Source of the DNA: an uncultured Clostridia bacterium
GTDB taxonomy: Bacteria > Acidobacteriota > Blastocatellia > HR10
Direction of reading: 5' to 3'
NCBI GenBank assembly: GCA_964615335.1
Contig: CAZTMT010000005.1
Coordinates: 107,104-171,103 of the forward strand
DNA length: 64,000 bases
Shown: one piece after another, positions 11,115-22,121 of the stretch
How positions within the stretch are numbered: position 1 is the stretch's first letter
Layout: the number at the start of each line of letters is the position of its first letter
The notes under the pieces: generated by a model
Databases searched by the model: none
What the model was told of the DNA's origin: nothing
The model's input: only the letters and a program-made list of their open reading frames with translations
Program-made: the position numbers and the translations under genes

Positions 11115-11263
11115 CTCGATGCGGGAAGGGGCGCAGGGCCTTTGTCGCCGCGGCCGCGCGTCCAGGCAGGAGATGGCCTGCTCTGGTCTCGCTGTCAGAG
11201 GCGCGCTATCATTGAGATTCCCTGCGCCGAGGACATCTTCTGTGAAGGAGGCCGGGGGAGGAG

Positions 11264-11562
11264 ATGTTGATCACGAAATCGGATGTGGAGAAGATCGCCG
11301 AGCTGGCCCATCTGGAGCTCACCGAAGAGGAGAAGGAGTTGTTCACGGTTCAGTTGGCGGCTATTGTCGCCTACGTTGAGAAGCTGAACGAGCTGGACAC
11401 GACGGATGTGCCCCCGATGGCCCATGCCGGTCGCGACGAGCGCACCGACTATGCCCAGCGCGAGGACATCGTATGCAAAGGGCTTGGGCAAGAGCTGGCC
11501 CTTCAGAATGCTCCGGATGCCGCGCGCGGCTACTTCCGCGTGCCTCGGGTGATTGAGGAGGG

Positions 11563-11566
<4 letters not shown>
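11264..11566 (+). CDS. gatC: Asp-tRNA(Asn)/Glu-tRNA(Gln) amidotransferase subunit C
   Basis: [14 protein letters not shown]...[12 protein letters not shown] is typical of GatC. Overlaps the gatA start. Confidence 0.9.
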
Positions 11567-13023
<1,457 letters not shown>

Positions 13024-13080
13024 TCCGCCCCGAGAAGTCCGGAGCGCGAGTCGGTCAGAACACCTGGAGGAGAGAAGCCG

Positions 13081-14274
13081 ATGCCGGTCATCATCAACTC
13101 AGATCTTCCGACAGAGCATCGGCCCACGTGGGTGGAGATTCGCCTGGATCATCTCATCCACAATTTTCGCGCCATTCGCGCGCGCGTGGGCCCGGACGTG
13201 AAGATCTGCGCTGTCGTGAAAGCCGACGCCTACGGACATGGGGCGGTGACCGTGGCGCGATGTCTTGAATCGGTCGGAGCCGATTGGTTCGGTGTCGCGC
13301 TGGTAGAAGAAGGTGTGGCCTTGCGGGAAGCGGGCGTCACACGCCCGATCTTGTGTTTTGGAGTCGCGCGGGGCCAGGAGGAACTTCTCTTCCGGTACCG
13401 ACTGACGCCTGTGGTCTTTGACGTGGAGTTGCTTGAGCGGCTCAATGCGAGGGCGCGCGCGCAGGGCGAGATCCTGAGTTATCATCTGGAAGTGGACACG
13501 GGGATGGGGCGCGTCGGTATCCCCTGGCGCGAGCTGGTTCATGTCCTGCCGTGGGCGGAGCGATTTCAGAGCGTTCGACTGGAAGGCTTCATGAGCCATC
13601 TCGCGGCGGCCGATGATCCGGCGCACGAGGAGTTCACGCGGGAGCAGATCGCGCGTTTCCACAAAGCCGCGCGCGTGGTGGAGGCCTCGGGCTTTCGCCC
13701 CATCTATTGGCATCTGGCTAACAGTGCGGGCGTTCGCTGGTATCCGGAGGCGTGGGGGAACATGGTTCGCCCCGGCGGTCTGCTCTACGGGCTCTGGAGC
13801 GGCCCATCAGCCGAGGAGGACGCGCCCCTCTCGATCGAGACGCCGACGGGACTGTGCCCGGTGAAACCCGTTCTCTCCCTGCACACGCGCATCGTGTTTC
13901 TCAAGGACGTGGACGCCGGGACACCTCTGGGATATGGGGGGGCGTTTGTCACTTCTCGTCCGAGTCGCATTGCGACTCTGCCCATCGGGTATCACGATGG
14001 ATATCGGCGCGCCCTCTCGCCGGGAGGGCGCGTCCTGGTGCGCGGGCATTTCGCGCCGGTCGTCGGGCGGGTGAGCATGGATTGGACGCTGGTGGATGTC
14101 ACCGATGTCCCCGGCGTCCAGATAGGGGATGAGGTGCTTCTGATCGGACAGGCGCAGGGGCGGCACCTCACGGCGGAAGAGCTGGCCCGACTCTGTGGGA
14201 CGATCTCCTACGAGATCACCTGCGGGATCGGCGCGCGCGTCCCTCGCGTGGTCATCTCCGGAGATGCCGCGTAA
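13081..14274 (+). CDS. alr: Alanine racemase
   Basis: AVVKADAYGHG PLP-binding motif. 397 aa. Confidence 0.92.
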   Translation: MPVIINSDLPTEHRPTWVEIRLDHLIHNFRAIRARVGPDVKICAVVKADAYGHGAVTVARCLESVGADWFGVALVEEGVALREAGVTRPILCFGVARGQEELLFRYRLTPVVFDVELLERLNARARAQGEILSYHLEVDTGMGRVGIPWRELVHVLPWAERFQSVRLEGFMSHLAAADDPAHEEFTREQIARFHKAARVVEASGFRPIYWHLANSAGVRWYPEAWGNMVRPGGLLYGLWSGPSAEEDAPLSIETPTGLCPVKPVLSLHTRIVFLKDVDAGTPLGYGGAFVTSRPSRIATLPIGYHDGYRRALSPGGRVLVRGHFAPVVGRVSMDWTLVDVTDVPGVQIGDEVLLIGQAQGRHLTAEELARLCGTISYEITCGIGARVPRVVISGDAA

Positions 14275-14291
14275 TCCCTTGGCTCGATCGA

Positions 14292-14957
14292 GTGTCCAAG
14301 AGAATGAAGATGAAGACATCGAGCCCTCATCCTCTGGTCGAGATCCTTTTGGGATTGGCACCTGTGCTCACGATCATGTGGGTGACGCCGCTTGTTGTCG
14401 AGGATCGCGCGACATTTCTGCGGGTGAATTTCTCCCTTTCGCTCGTGACCTTCGCCGTTGCTCTCATGTCCAACATCGTTCACGGCGATACGCTCAAAGA
14501 GATCGGCCTGCGGGTGGACAATCTCGGGCGGGCGCTTCGATTGCTGGCTCTTCCGACAGCAGGAGCAGCCCTTCTGATCCTGGCCGCAGGCCTGGCCTTC
14601 GGGAGCGTGAATCTCGGAGATCGGTTTTTCTTCCACTTGAAGAGTCTTCCTCTGTGGACGCTCGCGCAGCAGTATGCGCTCCAAGGGTTCCTGCATCGGC
14701 GCGTGCAGGATCTCTGCGGGAAGGGGTGGAAGTCCATCCTCTGGGTCGCTGCGATCTTCTCCGCCCTGCATCTGCCGAATCCCATGTTGACGGTGGGAAC
14801 GTTTCTGGGGGGCGCCCTGTGGGCGTGGACGTTTCAACGCGAGCCGAATCTGCTGGCGCTCATGGTTTCGCACACGCTTCTGAGCGCCGTGCTGGCGAAT
14901 TCGCTGCCCCCCTGGATTTTACCGAACATGAAAGTCGGGTGGGGATATTGGGGGTGA
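14292..14957 (+). CDS. CPBP-family intramembrane metalloprotease (CAAX protease/Abi)
   Basis: Multiple TM helices with the conserved EE...F..R...H and ALHLPN-type motifs. GTG start. Confidence 0.7.
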   Translation: MSKRMKMKTSSPHPLVEILLGLAPVLTIMWVTPLVVEDRATFLRVNFSLSLVTFAVALMSNIVHGDTLKEIGLRVDNLGRALRLLALPTAGAALLILAAGLAFGSVNLGDRFFFHLKSLPLWTLAQQYALQGFLHRRVQDLCGKGWKSILWVAAIFSALHLPNPMLTVGTFLGGALWAWTFQREPNLLALMVSHTLLSAVLANSLPPWILPNMKVGWGYWG

Positions 14958-14961
14958 GACG

Positions 14962-15780
14962 ATGTGGCCTTTTCGTCGGTGGAGGAAGAAGAATCGTATC
15001 GCTCTGGTCACCATTGAAGGGATCATCACGGATATGAGCTGGGGCGCGTCGCGAGAGAGCGTCCTGGCCGCTCTGGAGCGCGTCCCGCAGATGAAGGCGC
15101 GCGCTCTGGTTGTGCGCATCAACAGTCCCGGGGGAACCGTCGGGGCCTGTCAGGAAATCCACGAGGCGATTCGCCGGCTGCGCGCGCAGCAGAAGATCCC
15201 GGTCGTCGCCTCGCTCGGGGATGTCGCCGCTTCTGGGGGGATCTACATCGCCGTCGCCTGTGAGAAGATCGTTGCCAATCCGGGGACGATCACCGGCTCG
15301 ATCGGTGTCATCTTGAAGGCCAACAATCTGCGCGATCTCTATCAGAGGCTCGGCGTTCAGTCCGAAGTCATCAAATCGGGCCCCTACAAGGACACGCTCT
15401 CGACCTTTCGGCCTCTGACCGAATCCGAGCGCGCGCTGCTTCAGGGAGTCATTGATACGACCTACGGGCAGTTTGTGAACGCCGTCGCGCAAGGCCGTGG
15501 GCTGACGCCGGAATCCGTTCGGACCTTCGCCGATGGACGCATCTTCACCGGGCAGCAGGCCCGGGAATACGGCCTTGTGGATGAATTGGGGAACGTGCAG
15601 CGCGCCATCGAGCTGGCCGCCGAGATGGCCGGGATTGTCGGCAAGCCCGTCGTCATGGAAGCGACGCCCAAAAAGAAAGGGCTTTGGGCGCGACTCTTTC
15701 CCTGGTGGGGACGGGTGCCCGAGGACGCGTTCCTGTGGAGCGCCTTGCGCGGCCTTCCTCTGTGGCTCATGCCCCTGTGA
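14962..15780 (+). CDS. sppA: Signal peptide peptidase SppA (36K type)
   Basis: ClpP/crotonase-like fold with the S49 motif GDVAASGGIYIA. Confidence 0.88.
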   Translation: MWPFRRWRKKNRIALVTIEGIITDMSWGASRESVLAALERVPQMKARALVVRINSPGGTVGACQEIHEAIRRLRAQQKIPVVASLGDVAASGGIYIAVACEKIVANPGTITGSIGVILKANNLRDLYQRLGVQSEVIKSGPYKDTLSTFRPLTESERALLQGVIDTTYGQFVNAVAQGRGLTPESVRTFADGRIFTGQQAREYGLVDELGNVQRAIELAAEMAGIVGKPVVMEATPKKKGLWARLFPWWGRVPEDAFLWSALRGLPLWLMPL

Positions 15781-15788
15781 GCGCTGCT

Positions 15789-16349
15789 TCACGGCAGCGC
15801 GCGCTGGATGCGAGTGAGGCTACTCTCGGCGGAGAAGAGAGCTGATTCCGCTCCAAGCAGATCGCGCCGTCCGAGAGCCAGGCGCACGCGCGAGAGATCC
15901 AGAGCGAGCTGCGCGCTCGCCTGTTGGATCTCCGCCAGGCGGAGGCGCAGATCGGTCAGCTCGCGCCCCATCTGCGATCGCGCCGGATCTTCCCCATCTC
16001 TCTCACCGGAGGAGCGAGTCAGGATCTCACCCGACGTTGTGGCGCTCAGCGTCAGCAGCAGGTGAAGCATCCAGCGGTCCAGCCGGTCGCGTTCTTCAGC
16101 CGAGAGCTTCGCCAGGCCGCAGGCTTCGAACTCCTCCGACTTCATGAGCCCCAGAACCAGATGGGAGGTCTCGTGAAGACGGCCCTGGGACGCCGTTTGG
16201 GCCTCCGGCTCGTTCGGGGACTCTGTCTTTGGCGCCTTCGCGCGGCCCGACTGCTCCGGAGCGCGCGCCCCGTGTGGGGAGTGAGGACGTGTCGCCGCGC
16301 CCCCGATCAGCAGAGCGGTCAGAAGCAGACTCGCTGGGACGATTCTCAT
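15789..16349 (-). CDS. Hypothetical secreted protein
   Basis: Signal peptide (MRIVPASLLLTALLIGGAA). Its start overlaps the nusB stop, suggesting a ribH-nusB-hyp operon. Confidence 0.55.
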   Translation of the reverse strand: MRIVPASLLLTALLIGGAATRPHSPHGARAPEQSGRAKAPKTESPNEPEAQTASQGRLHETSHLVLGLMKSEEFEACGLAKLSAEERDRLDRWMLHLLLTLSATTSGEILTRSSGERDGEDPARSQMGRELTDLRLRLAEIQQASAQLALDLSRVRLALGRRDLLGAESALFSAESSLTRIQRALP

Positions 16350-16843
16350 GGTTCCTCCTCATCCCAATGCCAGGAGGTCGCGCCGGGGGGCCTGAAGGGA
16401 GCCTCGCTCGATTCCGGACTCGGGCGAGATGCAGCCTCCACCTGTTTTCGAATGGCATCCAGAAGTCCGTTGATGAACTGCGTCGCCTCGTAAGTCGAAT
16501 ACCGGCGGGCGATCTCGATGGCTTCGTTGATGATGACGACCTTGGGAGTTTCCGTCTCGTAGAGCAGCTCATACACGGCCAGTCGCAGGATATTCCGGTC
16601 CACGGTCGCCATGCGTTCGATGCGCCAGTGTTCGGCTCGGCTTGCGAGCAGGCGGTCAATCAGGTCCAGATGTTCGATCGTTCCCAAAACGAGCGAGGTC
16701 GCGAAGCGACGCACATCCTCATCCACATCGGGGCGAAGCTCGCTCCAGTACGTCTCCAGAAGCTCGTCAACGGGTGGACGGGCGACGTCATACTGGTAGA
16801 GCATCTGCATAGCCGATTCCCGCGCTTTGCGCCTCGAACCCAT
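16346..16843 (-). CDS. nusB: Transcription antitermination factor NusB
   Basis: ARESAMQMLYQYDV...VDRNILRLAVYEL is the canonical NusB sequence. Confidence 0.92.
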   Translation of the reverse strand: MGSRRKARESAMQMLYQYDVARPPVDELLETYWSELRPDVDEDVRRFATSLVLGTIEHLDLIDRLLASRAEHWRIERMATVDRNILRLAVYELLYETETPKVVIINEAIEIARRYSTYEATQFINGLLDAIRKQVEAASRPSPESSEAPFRPPGATSWHWDEEEP

Positions 16844-16921
16844 AAGCCATCGGGGATGTCAAACATCGCCTCGGCGAGCGCGCGCCCGCCCCGCATGGGG
16901 TCCCCCGAGGGATCCCGAGAG

Positions 16922-17389
16922 TCACATCTCGCGGTACAGGTTGGCCAGCTCGACGGCCACCATCGCCGCTTCGAAGCCCTTATTTCCCCCCTTGGCTCCG
17001 GCGCGGTCCAGGGCCTGTTCCAGCGTGTCGGCCGTGATCACTCCGAAGACAATGGGCACGCCGGTCTCCATCGCGGCCGTAGCGATGCCTCGGGCCGCCT
17101 CGGCCGCAACGTATTCGAAATGGGACGTCTCCCCGCGGATGATCGTCCCCAAGCAGATGACGGCATCCCAACGACCGCTCGCCGCGAGTCGTTTGGCCAC
17201 CGGGGGGAGATCGAACGAACCCGGCACCTTGTAGACGGTGACGTTTTTCTCCTCAGCGCCCAATCGCTCGAGCGCGTCCAGCGCTCCGGCCAGCAACCGG
17301 TTCGTCACCAGATCGTTGAAACGACTCACGAGGATCGCCACGCGAAGGCCTTCAGCTCGCAATCTCCCCTGCACAATGCGCGGCTCCAT
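16922..17389 (-). CDS. ribH: 6,7-dimethyl-8-ribityllumazine synthase
   Basis: [11 protein letters not shown]....GAIATA...VPIVFGVIT motifs. Start set at the internal ATG. Confidence 0.92.
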   Translation of the reverse strand: MEPRIVQGRLRAEGLRVAILVSRFNDLVTNRLLAGALDALERLGAEEKNVTVYKVPGSFDLPPVAKRLAASGRWDAVICLGTIIRGETSHFEYVAAEAARGIATAAMETGVPIVFGVITADTLEQALDRAGAKGGNKGFEAAMVAVELANLYREM

Positions 17390-17526
17390 ACCTGGCTCCT
17401 TCGACATCCGAGTCGAATTGTAGTCTCCTGGGGGGAAAGGTGCAAGGAAGACGGGAGTTGGCGCCCTTCTGGTCAAAAGCGGGAGGCCGAGGGAGACGCC
17501 GAAGCTCTCTCCTCGGCCCGCATCCT

Positions 17527-18063
17527 TCAAGGAACTAAACGCGAGAAGACGTAGTCGTTGTCCTTCTGCGAGGCGTGGCAGTCGAAGCAGGCCGATTTCA
17601 CATCAGCGCTCTTAATGAGCGGCTTACGCGTTTGCGGATCGAAGGCCTGAAAGCCCCATCCGCCGGTCTCCGGAAATCGCCGGCTATCTTTGATCATCAG
17701 GGCTTCGACCTTTTTCTTTCCGGCCACATACGCCCCTTGCTCGTTCACGTGCTCGTAGAGGACAAAGACGAGCTGGCTTCCTTCGGGGAAGGGACCTCCT
17801 CTCTCGCTCGCTCGCCGCCCCACAGCGTTCACATAGATGTGGTGAATGCCCCCGAAGGAGCCAAAGAGCGGATGCTTCTCATCGAAGATGACCATGCTCT
17901 TGACATGGGTCCACTGCCGATAATTCGGCAGGGTGAGGCTCTCGACATCCCCTCGGGCGGCCGCCCTCCGAATTTGAGAGGGGGAGAGCGTGCGCGAAGC
18001 CACCAGAACGAGGCTTCCCAAGACGACGATCAGAAAGATCGAAAAGCGTTCTCTTCGCAACAT
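17527..18063 (-). CDS. Cytochrome P460 / cytochrome c'-beta family protein
   Basis: This is the C-terminal 178 aa of track ORF 17527..18882, starting at the ATG at 18063. It has a signal anchor, then [10 protein letters not shown]...GWGFQAFD...[10 protein letters not shown]...DYVF, with a CXXCH near the C-terminus typical of the P460 family. The upstream part of the track ORF is a GC artefact. Confidence 0.75.
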   Translation of the reverse strand: MLRRERFSIFLIVVLGSLVLVASRTLSPSQIRRAAARGDVESLTLPNYRQWTHVKSMVIFDEKHPLFGSFGGIHHIYVNAVGRRASERGGPFPEGSQLVFVLYEHVNEQGAYVAGKKKVEALMIKDSRRFPETGGWGFQAFDPQTRKPLIKSADVKSACFDCHASQKDNDYVFSRLVP

Positions 18064-18201
18064 CCTCCGAACCTCCCGACAGAGATTTTCACGCCCGCGC
18101 GCGAGCGCGAGCTTTTCGTTAGCGCGCATGTTAAGATAGAGATGAACTGTGCGGTCGTCAATTAGGCACTTTTCGGTAGCTTGCTGACGGGAAGGTGAGA
18201 G

Positions 18202-18813
18202 ATGAAACGAGAGCAGCAGGGACTCGATTGGGCATCTGCCCAAGCGATCTTGCGCTGCAAATGGACGGCTCTTGTTCTGGAGCGGCTGGCCGAAGGGATC
18301 ACGCGTCCTGCCCACTTGCGACGCGCGATCGCCGGGCTCTCGGCGAAGGTGCTGTACGAGCGATTGCGTGAGTTGCAGAAGAGCGGGTTCGTCATGGTCC
18401 AGACCTTCGCCGGGTATCCGAGGCGCACGGAGTATCGTCTGACAAGCTCCGGGTGGCAACTGGCTCGTCTTGTCTCCGTATGTCACCGACAGGGAGTCTC
18501 CGTGCCCGTTCTCGCCGAGGTGTTGAAGTGTCGCTGGCTGCCGGAGATCCTGACGCTTTTGCGGACGGGACCGCATCGTCCGAGTCAGCTTCAGAGACAG
18601 CTTTCGGGAATCAGCACAAAGGTGCTCTCGGAGAAGTTGGAGAAATTGGAGCGCCTGCATCTGATCGTGCGCCAGGTCAGCGCGACCCGCCCCGTGGCCG
18701 TCTGGTATCGGGTGAGCGACGAAGGAGAGCGATTGTGCGCGGTTCTGGCCGGCATGGAGCGCGCACCTGAGCCCAGCGAGTCCCTGGTCGGAGTGATCTC
18801 CCACAGGCTGTGA
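18202..18813 (+). CDS. Transcriptional regulator with two tandem HxlR-type winged-helix domains
   Basis: Two copies of the HxlR signature in one 203-aa chain: LRCKWTALVLERL...LSAKVLYERLRELQKSG and LKCRWLPEILTLL...ISTKVLSEKLEKLERL. Confidence 0.75.
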   Translation: MKREQQGLDWASAQAILRCKWTALVLERLAEGITRPAHLRRAIAGLSAKVLYERLRELQKSGFVMVQTFAGYPRRTEYRLTSSGWQLARLVSVCHRQGVSVPVLAEVLKCRWLPEILTLLRTGPHRPSQLQRQLSGISTKVLSEKLEKLERLHLIVRQVSATRPVAVWYRVSDEGERLCAVLAGMERAPEPSESLVGVISHRL

Positions 18814-18989
18814 ATCCTCCATCGCCCTTCTTGAACCCGGCTGTGCCCTCGTCTTGTTGCTCGCACGGAGATTCTGAGCCATTTGCTCCGCCTATGTGTT
18901 GAGGGTTCGCCCATTGGAAATTGCCATTTGATGTGCTCGTCGAATCCGTGCTATATACCCGCCCTTGACATTTCCACAGGGGAGGCCAT

Positions 18990-20390
18990 GTGAGGCGAGG
19001 AGCTGCTCTGATCGGGATGTTCTTTTTCGCTTTGCCCGCGATGGGGCGCGCTCAAGATCCTCCATCGGGGGAACACGCGAGAGCTGAGATCCAACAGCTC
19101 AAGCGTCGGATCGAGGAGCTGGAGGCGCAGAATCAGGCGATCTTGCGTCGGCTCGAAGAGCTGGAGCAGCACCTGCGGCGCGAGCGCGAAGTCACGACGG
19201 CCACATCGGGTTCGGCTTCGTCACCGGCACAGACATCCCCCTCGCTCACCCGTTCGAACCGACAGGAGCCCATCCGCTGGGGCGATCTGGTGAGCGGAGA
19301 GAGCCGCCTTCGATTCTATGGGTTCCTCCGCGTGGATCTTGTGGCTGACGATTCGCGGCCCGACAATAGCCAGAGCATCTTCTTCATCCTCTCGGAAGAT
19401 CCGCGCGTAGGCCGTCCCAATGCGAGGAACTTCACGCTCTATCCCCGGCTGACGCGCTTGGGGATCGCCTACGACGGTCCAGTGGTCGAAGCGCTTGGGG
19501 AGGCGCGCATGAGCGGGCAGCTTGAGGTGGATTTTCAAAACGGAGGGCGCGAGTCGCGCCCGATCATTCGTATCCGGCATGCGAATCTGAAGCTCACGCG
19601 TGGAGATTTCTGGCTCCTGGGCGGGCAGACCTGGGACGTGATCTCTCCTCTCTTCCCGACAGTCAACGGAGACACGCTCATGTGGAATGCGGGCAATATA
19701 GGGGATCGGAGACCGCAGCTCATTGCGGCCTATGAGCCGCGGTTTGAGCACGGGCAGTTCTCCTTTGTGGGGGGGATTGGCCTGACCGGTGCTGTGGATG
19801 CGCTCGATTTGGATGGCAATGGGATCCGGGATGGAGAGGAGTCGGCGCGTCCCAACGTGCAGGCGCGTCTGGGATATGCGCGGGATTCCTGGGTGAGAGG
19901 GCAACGGGTGAGCTTCGGCGTGTGGGGACATCGGGGATGGATGCGGACGACGCGTCCTGTCGCCGGGCGCACGTTTTGGGGAAGCCAGTCTCTCGGATTC
20001 GATTATGCGGTGCCGTTGCATGAGCGCGTGCTTCTGCGCGGAGAAGCGTGGTGGGGGCGCAATCTGAGCGACATGCGCGGCGGGATCGGACAGGGAGTCA
20101 ATGGGACGACCGGAGCCGCGATTCGAAGCCGCGGAGGATGGGTGGAAACAAGTTTCCGCATTCACCCGCGCTTCACGCTCCATCCCGGTTTCTCCACCGA
20201 TGACCCGCGGGATGAGGACCTCTCTTCAGGAGGACGCACGCGCAATCGCGCCTGGTGGATCGCTTCGCGCTTCCCCTTGGGGGGAGGCTTTTTGCTCGGG
20301 GCCGAGTATCTGCGCTGGATCACCGATTACAAAGGATTGCACCGAGGCACGGACAATCGGTTCAACCTCTTTCTGCAATACAGCTTCTGA
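18990..20390 (+). CDS. Outer-membrane beta-barrel porin-like protein with N-terminal coiled coil
   Basis: Signal peptide, then a coiled-coil segment (IQQLKRRIEELEAQNQAILRRLEELE). The rest has alternating amphipathic strands and ends ...LFLQYSF with a C-terminal Phe. GTG start after GGGGAGG. Confidence 0.7.
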   Translation: MRRGAALIGMFFFALPAMGRAQDPPSGEHARAEIQQLKRRIEELEAQNQAILRRLEELEQHLRREREVTTATSGSASSPAQTSPSLTRSNRQEPIRWGDLVSGESRLRFYGFLRVDLVADDSRPDNSQSIFFILSEDPRVGRPNARNFTLYPRLTRLGIAYDGPVVEALGEARMSGQLEVDFQNGGRESRPIIRIRHANLKLTRGDFWLLGGQTWDVISPLFPTVNGDTLMWNAGNIGDRRPQLIAAYEPRFEHGQFSFVGGIGLTGAVDALDLDGNGIRDGEESARPNVQARLGYARDSWVRGQRVSFGVWGHRGWMRTTRPVAGRTFWGSQSLGFDYAVPLHERVLLRGEAWWGRNLSDMRGGIGQGVNGTTGAAIRSRGGWVETSFRIHPRFTLHPGFSTDDPRDEDLSSGGRTRNRAWWIASRFPLGGGFLLGAEYLRWITDYKGLHRGTDNRFNLFLQYSF

Positions 20391-20405
20391 GTGGAGGAAA
20401 AGATC

Positions 20406-21386
20406 ATGAGGAAGACTTTCGCAACGGCAGCCATTGGGCTTCTGCTCCTTGCGCTTGGAGGGCGAGCCAGCGAGCCGCGCACGCGCACCTTCGAATTCAC
20501 CTATGTGGCCGAGGTGCGGGACATTCCTGCGGGGGCTCGCACGGTTTCGATCTGGATCCCGTACCCTCCCAGCGATGAGAATCAGCGCATTGGCGACGTG
20601 CAGATTCGCGCGCCGGCGCCGTGGCGTCTGACGCGCGATCCCGAATATGGGAATCAGATCCTCTACGTAGAGGTGCATTCTCCTCGGGAGCCTTCGCTTC
20701 GTGTGGAGATGCGATTTCGCGTCGAGCGTCGAGAGCTCGTCCGCCGTCCCACGAAGATGCCTGTCGCTCATCTGGCCGAAGATCCTGATCCGCAGCTTGT
20801 GCGCTGGTTGCAACCCGATCGCCTGGTTCCCATTGACGGCTGGGTGCGCGAGCGCGCGCTGGAGGTGACGCGAGGCGTCCAAACGGATCTGGAGAAAGCG
20901 CGGGCGATCTACGACTGGACGGTCTCCAATATCCGCTACGACAAGAGTGGGACCGGCTGGGGGCGTGGCGATATCTTCTACGCCTGTGATGTCAAAAGAG
21001 GGAATTGCACCGATTTCCATGCCGTCTTCATCGGCTTCGCGCGGGCCGTGGGAATTCCGGCGCGGTTCGAGATCGGCTTTCCGCTGCCTCCGACGCGCGG
21101 CGAGGGGGAAATCGGGGGCTATCACTGCTGGGCGCAGTTCTACCTGAAGGGATACGGATGGGTGCCCGTGGATGCCTCCGAAGCGAGCAAGAATCCGAGT
21201 CTGCGGGAGTACTTCTTCGGCGCTCACGACGAAAACCGCGTGCTCTTCACGATCGGACGCGATATTCGCCTGGAGCCTCCCCAAAAGGGCGAGCCGTTGA
21301 ACTATTTCATCTATCCCTATGTCGAAGTGGACGGCCAACCCTTCTCGAAGGTGGAAAAGTCCTTTCGCTTCCGGGACCTTCCCTGA
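20406..21386 (+). CDS. Transglutaminase-like cysteine protease domain protein (secreted)
   Basis: Signal peptide. Transglutaminase core catalytic triad context GNCTDFH...H...D. Starts 16 nt after the porin stop. Confidence 0.75.
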   Translation: MRKTFATAAIGLLLLALGGRASEPRTRTFEFTYVAEVRDIPAGARTVSIWIPYPPSDENQRIGDVQIRAPAPWRLTRDPEYGNQILYVEVHSPREPSLRVEMRFRVERRELVRRPTKMPVAHLAEDPDPQLVRWLQPDRLVPIDGWVRERALEVTRGVQTDLEKARAIYDWTVSNIRYDKSGTGWGRGDIFYACDVKRGNCTDFHAVFIGFARAVGIPARFEIGFPLPPTRGEGEIGGYHCWAQFYLKGYGWVPVDASEASKNPSLREYFFGAHDENRVLFTIGRDIRLEPPQKGEPLNYFIYPYVEVDGQPFSKVEKSFRFRDLP

Positions 21387-21478
21387 GGGAGGATCTCCCG
21401 CGCGCCTCGGAAGGCCGTCCCTCGTATTCGGCGGCCCGATGAGAGGCCGCCGCTTCTTGGCCGCCAGATGGATTCGGG

Positions 21479-21874
21479 TCACGATCGGCCCAGGGCGGCC
21501 AGTGCTTTCTCGATGTTGGACACAACCAGAATCACCGTCGCTTGCACTTGTCCGGGCATCGTCGTCGCGTAGGCGTATTTGATATTGACCTTGGCCTGAG
21601 CCAGCTTCTCGGTGATCTCAGCCAAAGCTCCCGGCCGGTGCTCCGCCGAGAGAGCCAGGGCTTCTTCTTCGGAGAAGCGGATCCGCGCCGCGCGCAGGGC
21701 ATCGCGCGCGCGGCCGAGATCTTCGACGACGACGCGCACTTTCCCCTTCCCTTTGACCTCGGGGACGAAAAGGGCCGTGATGTTGACTCGGGCCTGAGCC
21801 AAAGCCGCGCAGACGCGATGAAGCGCCCCCGGCTTGTTCTCCAGCGTGATCGCAATTTGCGTGACCGTGGACAT
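21479..21874 (-). CDS. ACT-domain protein
   Basis: Two ACT-like β-α-β-β-α-β units (ITLENKPGALHRV..., SAEHRPGALAEITEKL...). Start at the internal ATG of track ORF 21479..22279. Confidence 0.7.
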   Translation of the reverse strand: MSTVTQIAITLENKPGALHRVCAALAQARVNITALFVPEVKGKGKVRVVVEDLGRARDALRAARIRFSEEEALALSAEHRPGALAEITEKLAQAKVNIKYAYATTMPGQVQATVILVVSNIEKALAALGRS

Positions 21875-21943
21875 CGGGTGACCTCCTCCAAGGGATCGCA
21901 CCGCTTTCATTATACGGGAAGCCGAGCTGTGAGCAAATAATTC

Positions 21944-21972
21944 TTGACATTCCCGAAGACTTTGGATAAAAA
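21944..21972 (+). promoter_or_regulatory. Sigma70-type promoter (TTGACA-N17-TAAAAA) for the 22122 surface-protein gene
   Basis: Perfect -35 TTGACA at 21944-21949. An A/T-rich -10 follows, then a perfect 5' stem-loop GGCCGAGCGTTCGGCC. Confidence 0.4.
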
Positions 21973-22121
21973 TACGGCCGAGCGTTCGGCCTATGGAGAT
22001 TTCGCCGAAAGAGCCAGCGAATTCGGGATCCGGTGAAAACGACAGTGACCATAGCCAGCAGGTGCACGGGTGAGCGAGAGACGATGTCGGGAGAACGTTC
22101 CCGCTTGGCGAGGAGGAAGAC

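Noticed and set aside
17527-18882. 451-aa ORF taken as a single gene
   Set aside because: Only the C-terminal 178 aa (from the ATG at 18063) are protein-like (cytochrome P460). The upstream 270 aa are junk-like and overlap the divergent promoter and the HxlR gene.
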